From the NCBI GenBank assembly GCA_051942205.1, contig JAVECO010000036.1, forward strand, positions 1 through 64,000: DNA of 64,000 nt, read 5' to 3'. Both the position numbers and the translations under genes were made by a program. The first letter of the stretch is position 1; each line of letters opens with the position of its first letter. The notes beneath the pieces were generated by a model. The model ran no database searches. It was not told where the DNA came from and worked only from the letters and a program-made list of their open reading frames with translations. This document shows, in pieces, positions 13,501-24,944 of the stretch. Origin of the DNA: Coniocarpon cinnabarinum (Eukaryota).

Positions 13501-15672
13501 GTGTTTCTTGTTACGTAAATGTCCCCTTTCAATAGACGGGCTAGTACTCTTCACTCTTCCCTTAATGTCATATAGTAGACAACACTTCACGGCCGTTGCA
13601 AATAAAAGTTATACGTCTCGGCGTAGAGACAGTTTGATAGCGTGCAGCATCATGCTTTTACTTCAAGAAGCGTATCTGTAAGCATTGAAGCTGAGTTGGC
13701 GACGTCGAGAAACACCCCTTTTGTAATCTGATTCTTCCTCTTGAGCGACTCACATGGCCATCATTGTTGCTGTTCTCGAGACCTGTGATGCTTCGAAGGG
13801 CAGGCAGCCACGTGACTCGCGACAGATCCGGTGCCATCAAAATATCGTGTCTGACAATTTCACACATCAGAAGAACGTACTCGCAGCGGCTAGCCAACAT
13901 CAATACAGCAGCTTCAGAAATGTGGGGGATAGGATCCGGCTTAAGGATATCTCTCACGGTCAGTCGATTCTAAACGTCGCGCATCCACTCTCGAGCTCTT
14001 CATCGATAGCAGTTTTGGAATGTCGGCAACACGTGATGGCGAGCGTCATCATCGTCTTATACAAGAGGATGCGAACGTTTAGATTAACAATTTGTCGTTG
14101 CCCTCTGGGAGCCTGCCATTTTGTTCACGTAGGACTTCCCCCTAACGTACCGGTGGTGCCGCGCTAAAAGTCTTGTAAATTTTGATAATGACGAGTATAT
14201 GTGCATGTTCTGAGACGAGTTTATATGCGCAGGAGCTGGTACGCGAGTGACACTTGGTCCATAGAAAAATTCGGGCATAACCGCTCGTAGTATTTAGAGC
14301 GGAGACAAAGGAAGCTGTGAGACCCATTAGCGAAGGCAATTTCTCGTGCACTGGGATGATGTTTATACGTACGAGGGGTATCGCCATTACGATGCAGAAA
14401 GTCAGACGCATTGTCTTCTTGCGGTTCCTGGTAGTTCAGATACACTGTTGTCGCGTGGGTGTTCATGAAAATCATTAGCATTTTCGGAATGCAATGCGTC
14501 TTAATAGTCTGGCATGTGTGAGTGACATGTGATTGACATGTGACGAAGCTGATTCGTGAGTGACACGTGATCTTGCGACCTATATAAGAGGAACGACACA
14601 ATCCATCTGCTTCGCTGAGACACAATTCCGCTTGAGGGTTTTTCAGCAGACTACGAAGCAGCGAATGAGGGGTGCACAGTTTCTATGTGAGAAGATCAAT
14701 GCACATTACACTTTTTTGTCTTCTTTCCATAGCTTGGCCGCTCTGTAGCTTTATTGTATCGAACATCGTTATCATTTCCATGAGCAAACAACAATGTCTC
14801 AGGTCCAATCGAGAAATAAGATCACATGACCCGAGCCCTTGAAGTCTGAAAGCCCCTGAGCTTCTCAGCCGCTGAGATATCGTGATATCGACAGACATGC
14901 CAAGCGAACAGAGCCGTGAAGCTGGTTGCGATTATAAAGGAACGGGTGGACGGGTTTGATTGGGTTGGACAGCATAGCTTGCATCTCGCAGAGAGTTCGT
15001 CGTCCGGCCAGAATTTTTCAAAGCAAACGCCCCAAGGCCTGTGCATACCTCTTCAAGTTGCTGAGAGATGCTTGATGGCTGTCGTGCAGTCGTTCTGGCA
15101 AGCTAGTACATATACGAAAAGGTGACGGCATCGTTACGAGCACACCCTGATCACATGCCGGAGACGTGCGAGGAAAAAAGAGGCTTTCTGCACGCGAAGA
15201 GGCACAAAGAAGAAGACCTCTCGCAACATTAACTTACCAAATTCATATGCACTTCGCCCAAGCGCAGCGACGCGGCGCATCGGCACTACTTCCTGATAGC
15301 GAGCAGAGATAGGAGATGTCATGGCTGATGCTGAATTGTAGAACGGATGGCCCTGTGTCGTCTATGCAATATTTTGATACCAGAATGTAATGGATGTATT
15401 TTGAAGAAAGGAAGGAAGAGGAGGGATCTTAAGCAAGTAAGCAATACGATAGGACTGCACTATCGCAACGGCATCATGTGACGCACCTTTCGGGTCTTTT
15501 AAACAGCGCGACCGTATTTCAGGCCCTAGCTCGCAAATCAAAGATTAGACAGCTAGGGATTCCGATCAGTAGTGGATCGTTCGGTCGTTTTCACAGGCTT
15601 CACACTTAACTTTCATTCCACTCGAATTGAGATAGCACAACGTCTGTGCAAGAACTACACGCGATGGGAGCT

Positions 15673-16137
15673 TCAAGAATTCGTGCTATCTTTCTCATCC
15701 TGTTCCATACCTTCTAAGCGTCTTCTCGCCCGCTCAGCCTGCTCAGGGAACTCATATCCCTCCGCAAACCCCACCATCCGACCAAGCAAGCCCATTAACT
15801 CTTTCTTCTCCTTCAAATCCCCAGGCGCCACGATATCAACCACATACTCCTGCAGCAAAACAAGCCGATTAAAGTCATCACACCGTTTCACGATCTCCAA
15901 TCGAGCGTTCTCCTTCTCAAGAAGTGTAGAAGCTTCGTCGGCGCGGCTATTGTATCCCAGGGACCTGGCTTTTTCTTCAATGTCAGAGAGGTCGTTCAGG
16001 ACGTTGAGGTGTATTGTTTTATCTGCGATGTCGTGGATTTGCTTGGAGAAACGGGCGGCGGCTTTGAGGTCGCGGTCGAGTTTTTCGGCGGTTGGGTCTT
16101 TTGATTTCTTATGGCGTATTTTCTTGAGACGGTGCAT
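15673..16137 (-). CDS. Orphan hypothetical protein (154 aa, charged, probably helical)
   Basis: ATG-initiated single-exon ORF with A at -3 and protein-like composition; similar to the neighbouring ORF at 16371-16934. Confidence 0.6.
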   Translation of the reverse strand: MHRLKKIRHKKSKDPTAEKLDRDLKAAARFSKQIHDIADKTIHLNVLNDLSDIEEKARSLGYNSRADEASTLLEKENARLEIVKRCDDFNRLVLLQEYVVDIVAPGDLKEKKELMGLLGRMVGFAEGYEFPEQAERARRRLEGMEQDEKDSTNS

Positions 16138-16370
16138 CAGTGTTTACATCCGATCTCTTGTCTGATTGCTCTTTGGATCAAGGTCGATGACGGTGACCTG
16201 TGATTGAGAGTGTGGTGTTGCTCGCTGCTTCTCAAAGCTTGGTACAACAGATAATACCAGTCTGGTGTGAGAGTAAGCGGGGGCGCTTTCATATCCTTAG
16301 GATGAGATTAGCCATTGAGGTATTAGCCAAATGGCCATGGTTAGGCACGAGATCTGTCCTGAGCACGGTC

Positions 16371-16934
16371 TCACGCCTGACGTAAAGCGTCATCCTGTAG
16401 GATGCATCTATAAAAGCACACCACAAATGCGTCGTTCGGGTCCTGAAACACGACGCGGACCTTCCCGTCCGCTGGGTCTAATGAAGCGCATCGATGCCAG
16501 CTATCGCAAGGATGCATAATCTCTGCCAATTCACTTAGCGCCCAAGCCTCCTCGAAATTCCCAGTGTCCACCACGACGGACCAGAAACGCTCTCGCCAGG
16601 AACACCTCTGATCAAATTCGTGAAACTACAGCAAGCCCTGTTGCTTCACTTCAGATTCCAACCTCGCTTTCCTCTCCCTCAGTCGATCCTTCTCCTCAGG
16701 ACTCATAATCTCGATGGGTTTTCTTCTAAGACGCTCGGCAGTCTTCCGGTGCTCTTCGTCTGCTTGCAGAAAGTCTGCAAGCCCCTTCGCCTCCTCTTTG
16801 ATATGTCTCGCCGTCACGACTTCTACCAGCCTGCGTTCGCGCGTGCGGCGCGTTCCTTCAAATATCGTGTCCTCTCTCTTTCTGGAGCCGTCGAACATCC
16901 GTTTGAGATTGGCATTTCGAAATGGGATCTTCAT
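16371..16934 (-). pseudogene. Paralog of the 15673-16137 orphan, interrupted by one in-frame TAG (16626-16628)
   Basis: ORFs 16626-16934 and 16371-16574 share a frame separated only by this TAG. Similarity to the neighbour lies on both sides of the stop. Confidence 0.5.
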
Positions 16935-17869
16935 GCGCGCTGCGTCAGTTCCAATCCAAAAAAAGTCTCCTCAGAACGTCTAGCAGGTATATGGCTTGTA
17001 AAAGAGGGAACCTGATACAAGACGACGATTAGCATGAGTCTAGAAAAGATCTCAAATAAAACTCTAGCTGCAAGCTGTTCCTAAGTTCACGCATCGACAC
17101 TTCACGCGATCCTCCTGTAACGGACTAAACACTCATCAGGCGAATGACCGTCCTAATGCGGATTCGCGACCAAGGGGCCAGCCGACGGGGGCGAAGAAAC
17201 GACGGAATGGCCGTGAGATGGTCCTGAAGCAGAGATAGCCGCAAATCCTATAGATTATCTTGATGCCGAGTCGGGTTGTTCTGTCGCTTGATGCGGTGCG
17301 TGGCATTGATATCGCTGTCGCAGCTTGAGACATATCGGATCTACTGCCGAGACGGCTGACTGAGGCGTGGCCGAATCCGCTGGACATGCCGTGCTCGTCC
17401 CAAGCATGGACATGTTAGAGACGATCCCGTAAACAGATGAAAATAGAAGGGCTCATCGATCTGGCATCAATAACAGCGAGAGAAGAAAAAGAACAAGGTA
17501 AAAAAGAAAGCGGAAGAAGCAATCGAAGTATTGGGAATGGAGTGGAGGCCAACCCGATTGAGCGGTCTGAGAGAACAGGAAGGCGACTTCGATCAACGCT
17601 AATAGGCTACAAGCATTGATCAGAAACTACGAAGAAAAAGTATGCATTCGTGATCGTAACTCATGAGAAGGCCCGCCAGATAAACGGCAACCTGCAGGAC
17701 CCGGCATCTGCGGTAGAGTCCCACGCCCTCCACATCATTAACCGCATCTGCTCGCGGTCGCGTCTGTGACAAATGAGTATGGCGCGCACAACAAAATAAA
17801 TCTTGAATTGAATGAAAATGCCATAAGATCATCTTTGATCTCTGTTTTCTTCTCACGATCGCTGCATGA

Positions 17870-19210
17870 TCACGACTTGAGAATGTTGTTCCAGTTCCAC
17901 GCTCCGTCGTCGTTGCCGTCCCGGTTGTTCGAGCTGCGGTCACGACGGCGATCACTCTTTTGTCCCCCGCCGCGCCGTCTTGGACTCTGGTCAGCGTCCT
18001 CGTCGTAGCTATCGTAGTCATCATAGTCGCGACGACGGTCATCACGACGATCATCACGACCACCGCCACCACCTCTTCGGTATCTGTCGTGGCCATCCGT
18101 GCTCTTGGAACGTTTTGAGCCCCACGCCTGTTCGTCTCGTTGCCGATCTTTATTCTCATTGCGTGCTTCGAACGCATTGGCGCCGAGACCGCCGAGGACG
18201 ACACCGGCTACGGTAGCCATGGGTCCTTTGCCGACTTCGTGGCCCACGAGGCCACCAGCTAAAGCACCTAAAGCACCTGCTGTCAACCCCTTCTCGGAGC
18301 GGTAGTCGAAGTTCTTGTCGAGCTTGCCCTTCAAGCCACCGCGGGATGTAGATCGGCGAGACTTGGACTTGGAAGATTGGCGGTCGCGGCGGGAGTTTCG
18401 TCGCTCGTCGTATTCATCATCATAGTAGCCGTCATTATCGTTGTAGCTGCCACCGTACGACTGCGGTCGGTAACGATCGACGCGGCCAGCGGAGGCGGAA
18501 CGCCCGTAAGCGTCGCGAGAATTCTGCGAAGAGTAAGGTAAGTAATTATCCATTTTATAAGCTGTAGCACCGCTAGCGGCTCCGGCGGCGGCTCCGGCGG
18601 CGGTATCGCCGTAAGGCTGGTTTGCGATGCGTTGTTGTTGGTCTGCTGGGGGCTGCTGCGAGTTGTACTGATACTCTGGCGGGACATAGCGTGACTGTTG
18701 TGACTGGGAACGACTGCGCCGGCCGCTGTCAGAGCCTTGGCCCTGAGCTTGACTTCCGCGGCGGTCTCCAGCAACGGACTGAGCTCGTGAGGGTGGTTGT
18801 GAAGATTGTGCAGGTTGGCCTTGCTCGTTGATCGGGGTCGGTCCCCAGTCACGATGCAGGCGAGTCTCTCCCGGACGTTGAGAGTCATGCTGACGATAGT
18901 CGGCACGACCATCGGGTGTGATGAAGTCATCTTCTTCCTCGTCCTCGTAGATGCCTTGAGCACCTGGTGGTGGACGTTGTTCTGGAGGGAGGTCGTCGAT
19001 GTCATGGTAGCTCCGGTTTGTGGCGGAGGACAGTTGCCTGCCTCGCTGACCGCTGCGCCGCTGGCGAGAAGCCTCTCTGGAACCCACTATGGATGGCGGC
19101 GCGTTCTGGAGGTCGTGGCCGTGTTTGTGGACATTGACGACTTGATTCTTCTTGGGGATGACATAGTGGTAGACGCGGTCAAATGAGTGGTCCCAGAGGC
19201 CGTCAAACAT
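17870..19210 (-). CDS. Glycine-zipper 2TM domain protein, intronless isoform (446 aa)
   Basis: Long ORF with ATC-ATG context. C-terminal GLTAGALGALAGGLVGHEVGKGPMATVAGVVLGGLGANAFE glycine zipper, flanked by R/D-rich low-complexity sequence. Confidence 0.8.
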   Translation of the reverse strand: MFDGLWDHSFDRVYHYVIPKKNQVVNVHKHGHDLQNAPPSIVGSREASRQRRSGQRGRQLSSATNRSYHDIDDLPPEQRPPPGAQGIYEDEEEDDFITPDGRADYRQHDSQRPGETRLHRDWGPTPINEQGQPAQSSQPPSRAQSVAGDRRGSQAQGQGSDSGRRSRSQSQQSRYVPPEYQYNSQQPPADQQQRIANQPYGDTAAGAAAGAASGATAYKMDNYLPYSSQNSRDAYGRSASAGRVDRYRPQSYGGSYNDNDGYYDDEYDERRNSRRDRQSSKSKSRRSTSRGGLKGKLDKNFDYRSEKGLTAGALGALAGGLVGHEVGKGPMATVAGVVLGGLGANAFEARNENKDRQRDEQAWGSKRSKSTDGHDRYRRGGGGGRDDRRDDRRRDYDDYDSYDEDADQSPRRRGGGQKSDRRRDRSSNNRDGNDDGAWNWNNILKS

Positions 19211-20161
19211 GATGGGCTGATTATGGACGCTTCGTGGCGGTGCGGTAATGACTGGAGTGAAGCCCCTGTTGGAGTGTGCGGGGTGGTGACAAGGTTGAGA
19301 CGAAAGAGAAGTGGAATCATTTTGAGGGGCAGAAAAGTTGAGGCCATGTTCTGGTCAGTTGCACAAGCAAGCTGTTCACAATGCGAAACCAAGGACAGAT
19401 TGAAGTTGGGGTCCTCAGCCGCGGGCGAAGTGATGTGGGTTCGAAGATGATGTCTGGGTCCGGTTTCGCAAGTTGCCAATGTGTTCTCTTCCTCCAGAAA
19501 GTTGACGCCAGATGTCCATTGGGTCGAATGACCGGATTGGGTAAAGAAGGCTCGCAGCAGCCCGTGTGAGAGTGGAGCCGATCAACGACCAGACGCAATG
19601 GCGGACCGCGCCAGCGCATTCGCAGTAGAGATGAAAAGAAAATCACTGACTTACCATGGCATAGGAATCTCGACCGTATCCATCATCATACCCGTTCTCG
19701 TATCCGCCACGAGGCTGGTAATCTTGCGGGTTGTAACCTCGCCTCCCGCCCTGCTGCTGCTGCTGGTAGTATGCGTCGCCCTGCATGTGGTCACCGCCGC
19801 GGCCGTCGTGATAGTAGGGTCGGTCGTCGAGGGCTTGCTGGGCGTCGGGGTTGGGGTACTGGGAGGGATGTTGCTGCTGGGCAGGAGAGTACTGGTTGCG
19901 AGGCTCGTAGGGATCCTGGGGATTATAATCGGGGCCCTCTGGACGGCTGTAGAACTGGCCAGACTGGGGCGAAGTGGGAGAGGCAGAGGAAGGCTGGCCG
20001 CCTGGACCGTTTGGCTGCCCCTGCTGCTGCTGTTGTTTCTGCTGGCGCTTGCGCTCCTTGCGTTCCTTGGGGGTGAGAAAGATGCCGCTGGGGAGACGGT
20101 CGTAGCCCTTGTCGAGGCCGTAGGAGAAAGCCTGGACGCCGAGATTGGCACCACCAGACAT
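17870..20161 (-). CDS. Glycine-zipper 2TM protein, predicted spliced isoform (exon 20161-19655 joined to 18523-17870; about 386 aa)
   Basis: Upstream Q/P/Y-rich ORF MSGGANLGVQAFSYGLDKGYDRLP ends at a perfect GTAAGT donor (19654). A phase-matched acceptor TTACCTTACTCTTCGCAG ends at 18524 and gives ...GRDSYAM|NSRDAYGRSASAG. Confidence 0.6.
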
Positions 20162-21407
20162 GATTGCGTGCGACCGGCAGAAACGGAAGGCTTGATAAGT
20201 GTGTGACTGGGGGGGGGGAAGCCTGGCTGCTGGCTGGGAGAGTTGGCTGACCGGGCACGCACCCACCGAAACTCTTCTCCAGTCCCAGGCGGTGGAGGGG
20301 GCTGTGTGGCTACGTCAACCTTGCCCGAAGTGGAATATTGGGAGAGGCGCCGCGACCTCTGATTGGTGGCAGGCGCCTGGATCGGGAGCGAGAGTGACAG
20401 CGGGGGCGCAGAATGACGTTTCACACGCTGCCACTCTTTCTCCGATCGGACGATGTGGCCGTCGGCGCTCGATCGCCCCTCGTGCACGCTGCAGTTGGGA
20501 AGCCCGTTGCGCGCGTGTCTCGGGCGGCGGTAGGTGAAGCGAGGAGGAGGAGGGCAGGTCGAGCAGGTGTGGGTGGTGAGCGAGTGAGTGAGTGCAAGAA
20601 GAGCTGAGTAGGTACCTAGCAGTGAGGGCAGCCGTACCCTCAGGTCGCTCGCTGTTTGCAAGGCTGGCAACCCACACGAGAACAAATAAAACGACTGTTC
20701 GGCTGGCTGGGGCAGTCGAGGGATCAAATATACACATCCATCCTCGCCCCCGTCGCCGCTTCCAGCCCAAGGCCCCCCCCAGTGCTCCCCTACGTTGACT
20801 GCATCTGGTGCAGTGTGCCTGATGTGCGCGCCCAGCGCCCAGCGCCCAGCCGGGGCGTTGGTTTCGACGTGTCTGTCTCTAGTTGTCTCCCTAGCCACGC
20901 TCCGTCGCCACTCGATTCGACAGTAAGCAGGGCATTCCCCGACGCCAATCATGGACCACCTGCACGAACTGCTCGGGCAGCATGACGACACGCTGCAGTC
21001 GCCAGTGTCTACCACGCCTCTCCTCTCTTCCTCACCGCCACGCGTTCGCCCTCTCCACCACTCGTTTGCCGACTGCTCCATACGCTACTGCTCCTTCCCC
21101 GTCGACATGACCCTCCAGCATCGTCCGTCGCCCACGCGATCTTCTTCACATCGTCTCCGCACCACGGCCTGATCGGCAGAACCTCTAACACGTCCACTTT
21201 CAACACTAAATTACATCCCCGCGCGATGCGACGGGTGCCACAGACGCGACCTGTGCGTCCATGTGCAGCGTCATCACAGCAGTCGTATCGCTGATCTGCC
21301 TCCCATTTTGGAGACACAGCTTCAATGCATTGCCGCAAGTCACCCGAGCTGGTCGTGTTCGGCGATTGTGATGATGTTTCAGAATGTTTTATATCCTCGA
21401 CTTTGCT

Positions 21408-22606
21408 TCACCTTCTCGCCGGCATCTTCGCTGCCTCCTGTTGCGTCAGGAAGCCCATCAGCAGCAGTTGCGCAATGAAGGAGTAGCCAAAGAGAAAGTA
21501 TGTTCTCCGGTTGCGCTGAGCTCGCGCCATGGGGTTCACACCTGCAGCGCTGCCGGCATTGTTTTCTGGCATCAACACATACTTCATCGACCGAAGCTAG
21601 CATCAACGGTTAGCATTCCGCGCCAAGAAGATTCAAGGATGAGATACATGAGACAAACCAGGAAGAATGCTAGTGCAGCAAAGGTGTAGATGAACACCAG
21701 CCATCCCATCCATCCACCAGTACCTGCGCCGCGATTGATGATCTCGGCGATGGTGACTGTGACAATGATGCCCACAAACTTGTAGCCTGAATATGCGACC
21801 AGATCGAGCAGTTGGCTTTCATTGCTGATGGAGAGCAGGTAGCACCCCAGCTTGAGCATCACAATCTCGAACATGACGATGCCCGTCGCTGTGCTGGCAG
21901 TGTAGCCAAACACTTCTGGTCGAAAGTCTCCGCGCAAGCCGGCCAGAAGAGCTGTGAGGAGTATGTATGTGACGAACGCCATGGCTGGCAGCAATGTCAG
22001 CGTACCTGTCCAAGATGTTTCTGTGAAGACGATGCCACAAACGCACCTGGAATGTACATGTCCGGACTGTTGATATCCTCGCGTGGCGGCATGAAGTACC
22101 CTTCTTGACCGCTTGGTCCCATTGCCTGTCTCCGTACCCATGGCCGATGCCTCCAAGGAAAGAGGACCAGGAACACTTTGTTGACCACATAGGAGTTAGA
22201 GACATTAAAGTAATGTTTGAGCGCTGAGACGTTGACGAAGCGATTGAACTAGCAATTTTGACGTTCCAATCAGCCATCTTTCACACGGATTCGTTGTTGG
22301 TGAAAGCCTCACATTCTGCTCCATGTATTGCTGTCCAGCGTCGAATGCTGTTTTGCCCACTTGATAGCCCATCTGGGCTGTAGGGTCGTTCATTAATCCG
22401 CCAAAGTTGGGTGCGCCATAACCGCCTTGCTGTTGCTGCTGATTCTGCTGCTGCGCTCCTCCCTGATAGCCATATCCGCCATTTTGGAGCTGCGATGGTG
22501 GAGGTGGTGAGCGGAACTGTGGAACCGTAGAGACGTGTTGCGGAACTGGATGGTGAAGTGGCGGTGACTGGGCCGGTGCCGGCTGCGGATATGATTGTCG
22601 CTGCAT
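21408..22606 (-). CDS. YIF1: Yif1/Hrf1 ER-to-Golgi transport membrane protein (about 336 aa). Exons 22606-22313, 22248-22047, 21984-21659, 21596-21408
   Basis: Motifs LKHYFNVSNSYVVNK-LVLFPWRH, PREDINSPDMYIP-MAFVTYILL and LLDLVAYSGYKFVG; three canonical introns restore the frame. Confidence 0.93.
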
Positions 22607-22852
22607 AATTTTTATGAGCGAGGCTTTAGAGTCCTGTGACGCCGATCACAGCTTTTGAAGTGAGGATTGTTGCTGGTCTGGTTGCCGGGCCCTTTCTTAG
22701 GTAGACGCCTGCCAGAAGCGTTATGTTAGGGTGAATCAAACCCTAATTACCTGATCGCAATCGCCGCCGCCGTCGACAAATGTTCTTGTTTTGTAGGCTC
22801 TTGCAGGCAGAAGTCAACACTAAGCACCCATCCGACTAAGCTCTTAGGCAAT
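22607..22852. promoter_or_regulatory. Compact bidirectional promoter (246 bp) with inverted TTAGGG motifs at 22726-22746
   Basis: Divergent ATGs at 22606 (-) and 22853 (+); the sequence contains TTAGGGT-gaatcaa-ACCCTAA. Confidence 0.65.
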
Positions 22853-24944
22853 ATGCTCCATTGCTTCGAAGTCCTGACAACATCGGGTGTGGTGCTCTGG
22901 TCAAAACATTATGCGCCGGTCGGCGTCAGTGTCGTCAACAGCTTTGTTCGAGATGTCTTTATTGAAGACCGCTCCTCAAGCGCGACCGGGTCTGAAAGTG
23001 CGTCTCGCAATCCTGCTTACAAGAAGGAGAAGTACACGTTGAAATGGACTACCGCTAAGGATTTCGGGCTCATCTTCGTTGTGAGTCACTACGTTTACCC
23101 AGTGCTTCTCTCATGCTCTGAACTGACAATTCCTACTACAGGCTGTCTACCAGTCGCTCATCTCGCTATCATGGGTCGAGCAACTCCTGGACAATGTCAA
23201 GACTCTTTTCACAGCCCTTTATGGGCATCAATTCCAGAAGCCATACACTAGCATGATCGAATGTCCCCTCGACGACTACTTCAACCGACAAATTGCAGAA
23301 CTTGAAAGGCAGATAGACGCTGCAAAAAAGGAAGCACGAACTCATACACCCCCAGAAGTCAATGATAGCCCTCCGCTTCCGCAACAACGTAACTTTAGTA
23401 GCGAGCATCTTGCCCCGCCAGTTCCGACATTGCGCAAAACCACTGTCCAAAAGAAGGGACTGGCGGTCGACACAGAGCAAGAAATTTCTGGTAACTCCTC
23501 TGATGGCTCCGCAATTTCGACACCGACCAGCTCTAGACCAGGCACGCCAAATGCTGGTGTTATCACTGGCAAAACAGGTCCAATGGGACGAGTATCTCGG
23601 CGTGCTCGAAAAGCTGCGTATGCTGCTGGCGGGGCACCGACGTCTGCTCCGGTTAAGAAAGTAAGAGGCGCCGAGAAAGGTGGAAAGAAGATGCGAAGAT
23701 GGGATGCTGACGGCGCAGCGGCGGAGGGCGAGGACACCAGTGAACTCGATTACTCTGTCACCTCACCAGTATCCGACAGTGGTATATCAAATGGGAGCGC
23801 CATCACGCCCGGCACGGAGCCAGTAGATCAATTCTCCTGGGGCAAAAAGGATGCTTCTGGTGCTTTCGTCCTCAAAGATCTCGACGATGAGATGTCCTCA
23901 ATCCTCGCGTCAGCCAAAGCCTCTTCGACATCAGAGTCGGCAGCTAATGGATCGTCTGCGCCAAGTGACTCTCTACTCAATCGCGCCACCGCGACATTGA
24001 CATCAACTTTTGCGAATCTGATGGGTGGCAAGACCCTCAGTCATGCTGACCTTCAGAAGCCCCTTCAAACCATCCGAAATCACCTCATCCAACGTAACGT
24101 AGCTCGCGACGCTGCGGAGCAACTCTGCAACTCCGTCGAACGTGATCTTGTTGGGACCAAGACTGCCTCCTTCACATCCTTCGACTCCACCGTCCGTGCC
24201 TCTATGGACAAAGCCCTCGGCAAGATTCTTACACCCGCCTCGGGTTCCTCCCTTGACCTCCTTCGTGCTGTGCAGTCTGTTCGAGGCAAGCGACCGTACA
24301 TCCTCTCTCTTGTCGGCGTCAATGGTGTCGGTAAGTCGACAACACTAGCCAAGCTGGCTTTCCTTCTCCTACACAACAACCTCCGCGTGCTGGTTGCTGC
24401 AGCGGATACCTTCAGATCCGGCGCGGTCGAACAACTGCGTGTGCATGTCTCGCGCCTTCAGCAGCTCACATCACAGCAAGATGACGTCGGCCATATCGAT
24501 CTGTTTGAGAAAGGATACGGCAAGGATGCTGCGGCGATTGCCAAGGAAGCCATTAAATCTGCGACTGATGGTGGGTACGATGTTGTGCTCGTTGACACAG
24601 CTGGACGACGGCACAATGACCAACGCTTGATGAGCAGCCTTGGCACATTCGCGAAGCAAGCGCAACCTGACAAGGTATTGTTGGTTTGTGAAGCGCTCGT
24701 TGGCACAGACTCGGTTGCTCAGGCGCGGCACTTCAACGAAAGCTTCGGCGCCGAGAAGGGCGGACGAGGTATCGACGGGTTCATTGTGAGCAAGTGCGAT
24801 ACTGTGGGCGGCATGGTTGGCACGCTCGTGAGCTTAGTGTGGAGTACGGGGGTGCCGGTTGTTGCGGTTGGAGTGGGACAGCACTATGGCGACCTGAGGG
24901 GCTTCAAGGTCCAGTGGGCTCGAGAGCTCCTACTAGGACCGTGA
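22853..24944 (+). CDS. SRP101: Signal recognition particle receptor alpha subunit (about 676 aa). Exons 22853-23080, 23142-24944
   Basis: N-terminal longin/SRX-like segment (FEVLTTSGVVLWS..LIFV|AVYQSL). SRP GTPase motifs GVNGVGKST, DTFRSGAVEQL, DTAGR, SKCD, GVGQHYGDL. Intron 23081-23141. Confidence 0.95.

Noticed and set aside
15572..16165. 197-aa plus-strand ORF
   Set aside because: Antisense shadow of the more protein-like 154-aa minus-strand ORF.
19651..21081. 476-aa minus-strand ORF and the 202-aa hydrophobic plus-strand ORF at 19598-20206
   Set aside because: Shadow frames in GC-rich sequence overlapping the Q/P/Y-rich exon and its leader; no domain signal.
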